A DNA stretch of 64,000 bases from a bacterium (GTDB lineage: Bacteria > Patescibacteriota > Minisyncoccia > UBA6257 > GWB1-50-10). The stretch lies in the NCBI GenBank assembly GCA_021815205.1, contig JAKAHD010000004.1:4990-68989 (forward strand), written 5' to 3'. Shown here one piece after another: positions 36,897 through 45,695 of this stretch (position 1 is its first letter; the number at the start of each line of letters is the position of its first letter). A model generated the notes under the pieces. The model saw nothing but the letters and a program-made list of their open reading frames with translations, was not told the DNA's origin and searched no databases. Position numbers and translations under genes: made by a program.

Positions 36897-37582
36897 GTGG
36901 ACTGTTCTGCGATGGCTATCTTCTTATTGATATATATCTGTTGTACCAGAGAAAAGACGTTTGACACAAGCCAGTAGAGCCCAAGTGCCGCCGGAAGGTT
37001 GCCGAGAATAAGGAGGGTGAGAAGGGGTCCTATATACATCATAATCTTCTGCATGGACGCGGTCGGGTCTTTGTGCTCGCCGCGGGCGGATGGCTCACTC
37101 TTTTTCGCAAACATCATTTTACTTTGGAAAAACTGGAGCATCGCGGCAAGCAGTACCAACACGAAGTTTTTGTCGGCAAGATCAATAAACCCAAGAAACC
37201 CCCGAGTCGCGAACTCCGTTCCCGATATTCCCGTAGTAAAGATTTGAAAGAGCGCGATAAAGATCGGGATTTGGATAAGAAGAAGCAAAAAACCGGAGAA
37301 GGGGTTTACGCGGTGTTCTTGATACAGCGCCATCAACTCCTTCGCCTGACGCTCTTTATTGTCTTTGTGCTCGGTTTGAATCCTTTTTACGTGCGGCTGG
37401 AGGCGCTGCATTATCGTCTGATCTTTTGCGCTCTTATGGAAGAGAGGAAGGAGGATGAGCCGCACCGCTATAGTGAGTTCAATAATCGCGATGCCAAGGT
37501 CGCCGAAAGAAACGTACTGATAGAAAAAAATCAAAACCGAGAAGATCGGCGTGTAGAGATAAGTATGAAAGAGTGTGCTCAT
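36893..37582 (-). CDS. yidC: Membrane protein insertase YidC (short Oxa1-type form)
   Basis: Five TM helices, conserved YidC core. Overlaps jag and rnpA by 4 nt each. Confidence 0.8.
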   Translation of the reverse strand: MSTLFHTYLYTPIFSVLIFFYQYVSFGDLGIAIIELTIAVRLILLPLFHKSAKDQTIMQRLQPHVKRIQTEHKDNKERQAKELMALYQEHRVNPFSGFLLLLIQIPIFIALFQIFTTGISGTEFATRGFLGFIDLADKNFVLVLLAAMLQFFQSKMMFAKKSEPSARGEHKDPTASMQKIMMYIGPLLTLLILGNLPAALGLYWLVSNVFSLVQQIYINKKIAIAEQST

Positions 37583-37836
37583 TTTTTATGAGGGTGATCC
37601 ATTGCGGCGCCAAGCTCGCGCTGTAATTCCTGGAATGTGATTGCGTCGATCCCTTTTCGCGCGATCACCACACAGTCGTGCGAGGCGCCCACAAGAAGCG
37701 GTACCACAATAGCGCGAATTCTTCTTTTAATCAAGTTTCTCCTCACTGCCTTTTTCACGACCGTTTTTGGAATCACACACACCACCCTCCGGGAGGAGGG
37801 TGTGTGAGGAATTAACTTGAGGGTGAGATGCGGCAC
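37579..37836 (-). CDS. rnpA: Ribonuclease P protein component
   Basis: 85-aa basic protein, RNR-like motif KKAVRRNLIKRRIRA. Sits between rpmH and yidC. Confidence 0.8.
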   Translation of the reverse strand: MPHLTLKLIPHTPSSRRVVCVIPKTVVKKAVRRNLIKRRIRAIVVPLLVGASHDCVVIARKGIDAITFQELQRELGAAMDHPHKK

Positions 37837-37971
37837 GCTATACGGTGAGTCTTTTGCGTTTCTTCGCTCTCCTTCGCCTTAACACATTCCTCCCTTGCGG
37901 CGAGCGCGACCGTTTTAAAAACCCATGTGTTCGCCTTCTCTTTTTTTTCTTCGGTTGATATGTTTGGCTCA
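37837..37971 (-). CDS. rpmH: 50S ribosomal protein L34
   Basis: Hand translation gives [44 protein letters not shown] (44 aa). This is below the 60-aa ORF-track cutoff. Canonical position upstream of rnpA. Confidence 0.85.
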
Positions 37972-38266
37972 TATAACAATACTACCACGCCTTCTTTGTT
38001 ATGTAAATTTGCTAAGTGTTGTGCCGCACAACGACTTAAAAGCGGTTTATTGAAATCAACTAGAAATTTATGGAAATGAGGTTGTTTTCGTGATCAATTT
38101 CCGCTTCGTTACAACTAATTACTAAATTACAACTCGCGTACAACTCGCGGGTGTCGTCCCATCAAAACACTTATACACAGGTAATACACAGTGGGGGTAT
38201 AAAACCCCCCTTCATCCCACTTGCATTCCGTGAAAAAGTTTCTATCCTTAAGGGAAAGCTATCACT
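37972..38266. other. dnaA upstream region with DnaA-box-like motifs (TTATACACA, TAATACACA). Part of the candidate oriC.
   Basis: 8/9 and 7/9 matches to TTATCCACA. Lies between the divergently transcribed rpmH and dnaA. Confidence 0.4.
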
Positions 38267-39643
38267 ATGGAGAACAATGAGCTTTGGGAAAACGTCTTGG
38301 GAGACATAGAGCTTCAAATCTCCAGGCCAAATTTTTTGACGTGGCTGAAGCATAGCAAACTCTTGGATAAAAATGAGCGGGAAGGGATCGTGATGGTGGG
38401 ACTTCCGAATAATTTCGCGAAAGAGTGGGTAAAGAGCCGGTATCATAAGCTTATCCTTGGGTCGTTGCGAAACATCGATGGCTCAATAAAAAACGTTGAT
38501 TACACGGTGGTGAATCAAAACCCATTGCGGCCACCCCACACCGCGGCAAAGAATGCGCAAGAGGAGGCGTCGTTTTTGGAATCGCAATCACCACTTCTCG
38601 AACCGGAAGTGAATCCTAAAACCAACCTGAACCCAAGATACACCTTCGATTCGTTCGTGGTTGGCTCCTCGAATGAGATTGCGCACGCCGCGGCGGAGGC
38701 GGTGGCGAAGGATATTGGAAAAAAGTACAACCCCCTCTTCGTGTATGGGGGTGTGGGGCTTGGAAAAACACACCTTATTCAGGCGGTGGGGAATAGGGTC
38801 GCCGCACGACACAAACATGCGGTAAACGTGCTTTACGCCTCCTCCGAAAAATTCATTAATGATGTGGTGTGGGCGGTACGGAATAGGCGGATGGAAGACG
38901 TGAAGAAAAAATATCGCGACATTGATGTGTTGATTGTAGACGACATCCAGTTTATAGGAGGAAAGACGGCAACCGAACAGGAGTTTTTTTATACCTTCAA
39001 CACGCTTTATGAACACAATAAGCAAATAATCATTTCTTCTGATAGGCCGCCAAACTCCATTCCGACACTTGAGGAGCGTCTGCGATCGCGTTTTGAGGGG
39101 GGGATGATTGTGGATGTGGGGTACCCCGATTATGAAACGCGTCTTGCTATTTTGAAAACCAAGGCGCGTGAGCGGGGTTTTTTCATAGACGACAAGGTGC
39201 TCGAAGAGGTTGCCGCAAGGGTTCAAAAAAACATACGCGAACTTGAGGGGGTTTTAAATAAGGTGGTGTTTTATGAGCAGTGTAAAAATGAGAAGATAGA
39301 CGAAAAAAAGCTCAACGAGATAATAAGTGAAGCGGTGCAAGTAACTCCAAAAAACATTACCGCGAATGATGTAGTGAGAGCGGTGGCGGATTTTTTTGAG
39401 GTTGCTCCAAACGACATAACAAACCGCAGTAGGAAACAGGAGGTGGTGCAACCCCGCCAGATCGCGATGTATCTTCTTCGGGATATGTTAAAACTTTCCT
39501 ATCCGCATATCGGCGACCGCCTTGGAAAAAGGGACCATACCACCGCGATACACGCGTGTGAAAAAATCACAAAGGAATGCAGCCGTGATCCGGGATTAAA
39601 CCAAAAAATACTGCTTATAAAAGAACGTTTGTATAAGATGTGA
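38267..39643 (+). CDS. dnaA: Chromosomal replication initiator DnaA
   Basis: AAA+ Walker A GGVGLGKTHL. C-terminal DNA-binding domain (IGDRLGKRDHTTAIHA). Confidence 0.93.
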   Translation: MENNELWENVLGDIELQISRPNFLTWLKHSKLLDKNEREGIVMVGLPNNFAKEWVKSRYHKLILGSLRNIDGSIKNVDYTVVNQNPLRPPHTAAKNAQEEASFLESQSPLLEPEVNPKTNLNPRYTFDSFVVGSSNEIAHAAAEAVAKDIGKKYNPLFVYGGVGLGKTHLIQAVGNRVAARHKHAVNVLYASSEKFINDVVWAVRNRRMEDVKKKYRDIDVLIVDDIQFIGGKTATEQEFFYTFNTLYEHNKQIIISSDRPPNSIPTLEERLRSRFEGGMIVDVGYPDYETRLAILKTKARERGFFIDDKVLEEVAARVQKNIRELEGVLNKVVFYEQCKNEKIDEKKLNEIISEAVQVTPKNITANDVVRAVADFFEVAPNDITNRSRKQEVVQPRQIAMYLLRDMLKLSYPHIGDRLGKRDHTTAIHACEKITKECSRDPGLNQKILLIKERLYKM

Positions 39644-39821
39644 ATAGCGGGGTTGGTTCTTGTGGATGAAATACGCTCAAGGAAAAAACTGTCCACATAT
39701 CATAGAAAATTCCATAACGTTTTCCACAAATTATCCGAGGGTTTATATTTAAAATAAGCAAGAGCACAAAACAAGAAAATAAAGCGCGCCGTATTTTTGC
39801 ACACCCGCTACTACCACTACT
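39644..39821. other. Candidate oriC: dnaA-dnaN intergenic region with at least 3 DnaA boxes and an AT-rich stretch
   Basis: TGTGGATGA (8/9), TGTCCACAT, TTTTCCACA (8/9), TTATCCGAG, followed by TTTATATTTAAAATAAG. Confidence 0.5.
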
Positions 39822-40925
39822 ATGAAATTAATATTACTAAAAACTAACTTAGTAGACGCGTTAGGATCTGTGGAGCGTGCGGTAAACGAGAGTTCGAGTC
39901 TTCCAATTCTTAAACACGCGCTTGTGAAAACGGTTGGGGGGAAGATTCTTCTTGTGGGAACAAACCTCGAGCTCGCGATCGAGTACTCACTCCCCGGAAA
40001 AGTGATTGAAGGAGGCGAGATCGCGGTTCCTTTCTCGCTTTTTAACTCCCTTATTAAGAATCTTATGGCGGAGCGGGTCGCGATTGAGGAAAAAGACCGA
40101 AAAATAACCATCACCACCGATAATTACGAGGCGGTACTTCAAGGGCAAGACGCCGCGGAGTTTCCTATAATTCCATCTATTCAGAAACAAACACCACCTC
40201 TCTTGTTTCCTACGGAGCTCTTTCGCGGCGCCCTTCAAAATGTAATTGTCGCCGCCCAGTACTCCGATATACGCCCAGAGATAAGCGGAGTGTATTTTAA
40301 GTGCTCCGGTCGGATGATTACACTTGCCGCAACGGATGGGTTTCGCCTTGCTGAAGAAAAAATAAATCTCCCCCCCACCGCCTCTTCTCAAGACACCGCC
40401 GCGATTATTCCTCTTAAAACCGCCTCTGAAGCCCTGAAAATGTTTAAGGGATCAGAGGAGATAACCGTGTGCATCGAGCCGAACCAAATTCTTCTCTCTT
40501 CCCCAAACGAGAAAATAATCTCGCGCCTTATTGACGGATCATTTCCTGAGTATCATGCAGTAATTCCCCACCACCCCCCGCACGAAGTCACGGTTAATCG
40601 CGCGGAGTTTATAAACGCCGTTCGTCTTGCGAGCCCCTTTTCCGGAAGAGCGAACGATGTTATTGTGCGTCTCGGGGAAAATAAAAAAGTACTCGAGGTG
40701 TATTCGGTTGATAGCGCGCTGGGAGAGAGTTTATACAAGATCCCCGTGAAGGGCAAGGGAGAGCGTTTCTCAATCATCTTTAATTGGAAATATCTTCTTG
40801 ATGGACTCAAGGTGTTCTCGGGAAATGAGGTGACGCTTGGGGTTACCTCATCCGACCGGGCGGTGCTCCTCCAGAACCCGAAAGAGCCAAACCTTTTATA
40901 TGTGGTAATGCCTATTAAGGGGTAA
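39822..40925 (+). CDS. dnaN: DNA polymerase III beta sliding clamp
   Basis: 367 aa, three-domain clamp. Canonical position after dnaA. Confidence 0.88.
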   Translation: MKLILLKTNLVDALGSVERAVNESSSLPILKHALVKTVGGKILLVGTNLELAIEYSLPGKVIEGGEIAVPFSLFNSLIKNLMAERVAIEEKDRKITITTDNYEAVLQGQDAAEFPIIPSIQKQTPPLLFPTELFRGALQNVIVAAQYSDIRPEISGVYFKCSGRMITLAATDGFRLAEEKINLPPTASSQDTAAIIPLKTASEALKMFKGSEEITVCIEPNQILLSSPNEKIISRLIDGSFPEYHAVIPHHPPHEVTVNRAEFINAVRLASPFSGRANDVIVRLGENKKVLEVYSVDSALGESLYKIPVKGKGERFSIIFNWKYLLDGLKVFSGNEVTLGVTSSDRAVLLQNPKEPNLLYVVMPIKG

Positions 40926-40963
40926 AATTCAAAGTTCTAAAATATAAGAGCATCCTCTCTATT

Positions 40964-43468
40964 CTATTTATGGTACACAATAATTTGCGCGGAGGCCTGC
41001 TCGCCGCGCGTGGTTACCGCGCGCACCTCGATTGTGTTTTGGGGATTGAGATTATTCGGGAGGATGGATGTGACGTGATACGACGCTTGGTTTATAGTAT
41101 CGAAGATTTTAAGCGGGATGCCGTTTATATATATTCCAACGCTTTTAATAACATCTTTTGATGTAATATCAGCTTGAAGATGTTCTCCTGGGGCGACAAA
41201 CGATCCGTTCTCGGGTGAGATATTTTGAATACTCACACCGCCTCCAAAATTCTGCGAGGACGCCCCAAAAGGAACCGACTGATTAAATAATCCGAAGTTT
41301 TGAATATGTTGGCTTGCCCACATAACAACCCCCGTCTCCCAATTTAGGAATTGCGGGTCGTCGGAGGGGTTTTGCGGCACGGGCCCCAAAGGATTGTTCT
41401 TATCGACGTAATAAAGAATCGAGTGGACCTGCGGGAACGTCTGGCCGCCGATATTTATTTTGGTAATGTACTGCCCATCAAGCATCGGTTTTTGGGATAT
41501 AGGAAGCGGTTCCGGCCTCGCAAATACTTCTTCGGGATAGTTTGGCAACACCCTATTTAAGAAATCGCTCCATATAGGGACGGCGGCCAAGATACTCGAT
41601 CCGTGTTTTTGGAGTGGTGCGTTGTTGTTGTTTCCCGCCCAAACACCCACCACAAGAGATGGCGTGTATCCCATTGCCCACGCGTCTCGGTAATCGTTTG
41701 TTGTGCCCGTTTTCAACGCTACATCGCGTCCAGGAAACACCGTGAGCGGAAGACTCGCTTGCATGAGCGGCGCGCGCAGGTTTTGATCAGAAAGAATTTG
41801 ATTAATAACTCTCGGATACTCTTGGTCCACAACCCGCGTCGAGTGGTCACGATACTCCTCAAGCACATTGCCGTTTGCATCGCGAACCTCAAGCACCATT
41901 ACTTGGTCGTGGCGCACCCCCTCTTGGGAGAGCGTCGCGTATGCGTTTACAAGATCAATAAGTTTTACCTCGCCCCCTCCCAACACCAACGAAAGGCCGT
42001 AGCGAGAGGGGTCGTTGAGGGTGGTAATACCAAATGAACGCACCGTGCGCAGCACATTATTCAAACCATCTAAATAAAGTACCTTTACCGCCGCCACGTT
42101 AATGGACTGCGCAAGCGCCTGCGCGAAACTCACGGGTCCCGCGAAGTTCTCAAAATCCTGAGGATGGAAGCAGTCGGGCGAACTCGTGGCATCAAAATTC
42201 GGAATAAGCGGACACGTGCTGTTCATTGGCACGAACTCGGTTGGCACATCAAATATCATTGTGCGTGGGGTGTAACCCTTCTCGAACGCGAGCATGTAGG
42301 CGAAAGGTTTTAAGGTTGACCCCGGCTGGCGCAGCCCTTGAGTTGCCACATTAAAATTCCCCCCGTCTTTGGTATCAAAATAATCCTTAGATCCCACCAT
42401 TGCGAGAATCTGACCTGTTTTTGGGTCTTGCGCGACAAGCGCCCCGTTTGTGCCTTTATAAAGTTTGGTGTTTCTTAGGACGCCGTCCGCTACCGCCTGT
42501 TCCGCGGCTTGTTGCATGGACCAGTCGAGTGTGGTGATGACTTTAAGGCCCCCGTTTACTACCATATCCTCGCCGTATTTGTTGATAAGATAGTCTTTGA
42601 CGGCAAGCGAGAAATGCGGCGTCTTAATCGATCCTATGGATGGCGGCGCGAAATGCGGTACATCTTTTTTTGCGGCGGCCGCCTGCGACGTCGTGATGTA
42701 GCCCAGCTCCGCCATCCTGTCGAGCACATAATTTCTTCTCGCGAGAAGATCGTCTATGTGCGTTCCCCAAGGAGAATAGTAGCTAGGCGCCCTAATCATT
42801 GCCGCAAGTATCGCCGATTCGCTTAAGGTGAGATCTTTCGCGTGCGTGTTAAAATAGGTTTGGCTTGCCGCCTCAACTCCGTACGCGTTTGATCCGTAAG
42901 GGATCTGGTTTAAATAAAAACCGAGAATTTGGCTTTTCGTGTATTTTGATTCGAGCTCAATCGCAAGAATAAGCTCTTTTATTTTTCTTGTGATCGTTTT
43001 CTCTCCCGAGAGAAATACGTTTCTCGCGAGCTGTTGCGTGATGGTCGACCCCCCTTGGGCGGCATACCCCTTCTGGAGATCGACCCACACCGCCCTCGCG
43101 ATACCCGTCCAATCGAACGCGGGGCGGGTATAAAAGTTTGAATCTTCAGCGGCAAGCGTCGCTTGTTGTAATGAGTTGGGGATATCAGAGAGGGGAATTA
43201 TTGTCCTTTTTTCCTCCCCGTGGATTTCATAGAGAAGTACTGTTCCGGTGCGGTCGTAGATTTTTGTGGACTGGCTTATTTGTTTGCTTGAAAATTGGTC
43301 GGGTGACGGGAGTTGTTGGATAGTCACCACCACATATAAAACACCAACCACCACCGCGCTTACCGCAACAATACACGTAATAAGAAGCGCGGAGAGAAAA
43401 AACCTTTTTCTCCCCCCTCGCTTTGTTGTGCGCGACACAAACACTTCTTTCCGCTTCTTGGTTCCCAT
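40964..43468 (-). CDS. Class A penicillin-binding protein (glycosyltransferase GT51 + transpeptidase)
   Basis: GT51 motifs EDSNFY...GGSTITQQLARN. Transpeptidase SxxK/SxN/KTG motifs (KTGTTND). Start placed at ATG 43466-43468, because the track start 43495 is a GTG inside repeat C. Confidence 0.85.
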   Translation of the reverse strand: MGTKKRKEVFVSRTTKRGGRKRFFLSALLITCIVAVSAVVVGVLYVVVTIQQLPSPDQFSSKQISQSTKIYDRTGTVLLYEIHGEEKRTIIPLSDIPNSLQQATLAAEDSNFYTRPAFDWTGIARAVWVDLQKGYAAQGGSTITQQLARNVFLSGEKTITRKIKELILAIELESKYTKSQILGFYLNQIPYGSNAYGVEAASQTYFNTHAKDLTLSESAILAAMIRAPSYYSPWGTHIDDLLARRNYVLDRMAELGYITTSQAAAAKKDVPHFAPPSIGSIKTPHFSLAVKDYLINKYGEDMVVNGGLKVITTLDWSMQQAAEQAVADGVLRNTKLYKGTNGALVAQDPKTGQILAMVGSKDYFDTKDGGNFNVATQGLRQPGSTLKPFAYMLAFEKGYTPRTMIFDVPTEFVPMNSTCPLIPNFDATSSPDCFHPQDFENFAGPVSFAQALAQSINVAAVKVLYLDGLNNVLRTVRSFGITTLNDPSRYGLSLVLGGGEVKLIDLVNAYATLSQEGVRHDQVMVLEVRDANGNVLEEYRDHSTRVVDQEYPRVINQILSDQNLRAPLMQASLPLTVFPGRDVALKTGTTNDYRDAWAMGYTPSLVVGVWAGNNNNAPLQKHGSSILAAVPIWSDFLNRVLPNYPEEVFARPEPLPISQKPMLDGQYITKINIGGQTFPQVHSILYYVDKNNPLGPVPQNPSDDPQFLNWETGVVMWASQHIQNFGLFNQSVPFGASSQNFGGGVSIQNISPENGSFVAPGEHLQADITSKDVIKSVGIYINGIPLKIFDTINQASYHVTSILPNNLNPQNTIEVRAVTTRGEQASAQIIVYHK

Positions 43469-43476
43469 ATAGTTTA

Positions 43477-43519
43477 TTCCCCTTCGCCCGAACACCTCCG
43501 TCGCGTGCGATGCGGTATC
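43477..43519. repeat. Family C repeat, half copy
   Basis: TTCCCCTTCGCCCGAACACCTCCGTCGCGTGCGATGCGGTATC. Confidence 0.5.
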
Positions 43520-43609
43520 TTCATTTTATACCCCCAGAACAAATGTCGCAAAAAACTCCCCGCGACACTTCTGTTGCGGGGAGTAATAAAACAGGTATGA
43601 GAAGAAAAT

Positions 43610-43831
43610 CTAAAACTCCTCATCGTCGAACTCGTCTATATCGTCAGTATCATTCAATTCCTCTCCGGATTCTTCCTCGTTGTTCTCATCAAATCCTCCA
43701 TCAAACTCTTTTTCTTCTTCTGTTCCCGCGTCCTCATCGTCGTCGGAGTAGTTCACTATCACGGAGGGTTGTAATAATTCTGTAGCGAGCATATTCGTAA
43801 TAGGTAACGACCTTTTATGTTTTCTCGACAA
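43610..43831 (-). CDS. Hypothetical highly acidic small protein (73 aa, more than 50% D/E in the C-terminal half)
   Basis: ORF only. The extreme composition could also be non-coding. Confidence 0.25.
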   Translation of the reverse strand: MSRKHKRSLPITNMLATELLQPSVIVNYSDDDEDAGTEEEKEFDGGFDENNEEESGEELNDTDDIDEFDDEEF

Positions 43832-43866
43832 GTATAAGGAAGGATTTTAGAAAGTCAATGCCACAA

Positions 43867-44340
43867 CTATCGTCGAGGCAACGAAGAACCGGCGATCGCA
43901 ATCGCGAGCGCGTCCGTTTCATCGTCGATGCGTTGCGCGGTGTCGATTTTGAGCGTTAAAGAAACCATTTTCGCAACCGCTTTTTTGTCCGCGTCGCCAC
44001 TTCCCGTAATCGCGAGTTTTATAGACGGCGGGGAAAGTTCCTCGAAGGGTATTCCGTGGGCGGAAAGCGTTTTTATAATGACCCCGCGTGCTTGCGCAAC
44101 GCGGATTGCCGTCTTCTTGTTTTTTGTGAAAAAAATCCTCTCAATCACCGCGATGTCGGGTCGCGGCGCGGAACGAAGAATTTGCTCGAGCGATTTCTCA
44201 AGCATCAAAAGCTGTGCTCCCTGCGCCCCGGCATGTATAGGAAGAAGCCCGCTTGTGAGGTAGATAAACGTATTTTTCTCCCGCGCGATAAAGCCGTAGC
44301 CAACCCGTACGCTCCCCGGGTCTATTCCAAGTACCGTCAT
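43867..44340 (-). CDS. ruvC: Crossover junction endodeoxyribonuclease RuvC
   Basis: MTVLGIDPGSVRVGYG..., with catalytic D/E residues in conserved positions. Confidence 0.85.
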   Translation of the reverse strand: MTVLGIDPGSVRVGYGFIAREKNTFIYLTSGLLPIHAGAQGAQLLMLEKSLEQILRSAPRPDIAVIERIFFTKNKKTAIRVAQARGVIIKTLSAHGIPFEELSPPSIKLAITGSGDADKKAVAKMVSLTLKIDTAQRIDDETDALAIAIAGSSLPRR

Positions 44341-44351
44341 AATAAGATGAA

Positions 44352-45695
44352 TTATACACCTCTTTTCAAGGGGATTGTGAAAGTGATCACAGTGCCTCTT
44401 CCGGTCTCTGATTCTATCCTTATTGTTCCCCCGAGGCCCTCAATGATGTTTTTCGCGATGTAGACGCCAAGTCCGCTTCCGTTTGGTTCGAGGCGGATCG
44501 CCTCCGCGCCGCGGTAAAATTTTTGGGAGAGTTTTTCCATATCCTCCCTCGGAATTCCTATGCCGGTGTCCGAAATACGCACCACCACAAAGCGTTGATC
44601 GCCTGAGAGTTCGGTTTTCACTGTAACCGAGCCGTTTCTTGTGTTGTATTTTACCGCGTTGTCGAGAAAATTGTTCACGCTGATCGCGAGGCGTTCCGGA
44701 TCGGTAATAACGCGATAGTGTTCGTTGGGAGTAAGAAATCTTACAGAGACCCCGTGTTCTTCGGCGTATGGTTTCATGTCCGTGATTACCGACTCGAGGA
44801 ATTGCGCAACATCAATCTCTTGCGGAGCGGCGCCGAAACGCCCCTCCTCGATCTGCGCCGCGTCAAGAAGATCGTTCACGATAGTAAGAGATCGTTGTAC
44901 GAGTCCGTGCCCCTCACGAATGCTGGTGCGTAGCACCGCATCTTCCTTTTTTTCTCCAACACTTTTTTCCAAGCTCTCAAATATCCAGTTTAGGGCAGTC
45001 ATCGGGGTTCGGAGTTGGTGCGCCGCAACCGCGATGAAATCGTTTTTTGATCGCACGATTGCGCGCTCCCGCGTGATATCAGTCACGAGCTTCAAAAACC
45101 CAACTACGCGCCCGTCCTGCCCAGTCACTTTGCTCATTACCGTGTGAAGCTCGAGTTTCGGTTCATCAAAGGTAATGTCCACAATTTGCGGCCAGCCATC
45201 TCCCGAGAGCGTGTGCATGGAAGGAGCAAGCGAAGGAAAGATGGTTTGAGTCAGCGTCCTCAAGTGCGGGTTCTTAACGAGATCCGGCGTGACATACACG
45301 CCGGCGACCTCCTCCGATGATACTCCAAAAATCGCCTCCGCCGCGCGATTAATGCTCATAATCCTGAAATTGACGTCGTAGACGATGACACCGTCGCGCA
45401 TCACGTCCACAACTGCCTCAAGCTCGGTATTTTTTATCTCATGCTCAAACCTTGATCTCGCGGTACGCAGGTAGAGGAGTAGAACGAAACAGGCGGCGGT
45501 AGAGAGAAGAAGGGCGACGAATAGAATTCCCGCAAGCGGCATAAAAAACAGCGTCGCGAGAAACGCGACCGCACAAGAAATACCCGCCCCGGATAAGAGT
45601 ACGGCGTCGCGAGTCCCAAGATAGGTGCGCACCTCTTTAATAAAAAGAAAGAGCGAGTTTTGTGTTTTGTTCATACCGCGTGAAGCGAGCCCCAA
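44352..45695 (-). CDS. Sensor histidine kinase (2 TM, PAS, HisKA, HATPase_c). No response regulator is adjacent.
   Basis: H-box AAHQLRTPMTALN. G-boxes DTGIGIPREDMEKLSQKFYRG...GSGLGV. Confidence 0.8.
   Translation of the reverse strand: MGLASRGMNKTQNSLFLFIKEVRTYLGTRDAVLLSGAGISCAVAFLATLFFMPLAGILFVALLLSTAACFVLLLYLRTARSRFEHEIKNTELEAVVDVMRDGVIVYDVNFRIMSINRAAEAIFGVSSEEVAGVYVTPDLVKNPHLRTLTQTIFPSLAPSMHTLSGDGWPQIVDITFDEPKLELHTVMSKVTGQDGRVVGFLKLVTDITRERAIVRSKNDFIAVAAHQLRTPMTALNWIFESLEKSVGEKKEDAVLRTSIREGHGLVQRSLTIVNDLLDAAQIEEGRFGAAPQEIDVAQFLESVITDMKPYAEEHGVSVRFLTPNEHYRVITDPERLAISVNNFLDNAVKYNTRNGSVTVKTELSGDQRFVVVRISDTGIGIPREDMEKLSQKFYRGAEAIRLEPNGSGLGVYIAKNIIEGLGGTIRIESETGRGTVITFTIPLKRGV

Noticed and set aside
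7683-43495. ORF-track start codons at 7683 (pilin 2), 14166 (xer), 43495 (PBP1A) and 48223 (polA)
   Set aside because: These starts are alternative (TTG/GTG) codons or lie inside repeat elements or upstream genes. Downstream ATGs with better context were used instead (7716, 14142, 43468, 48073).
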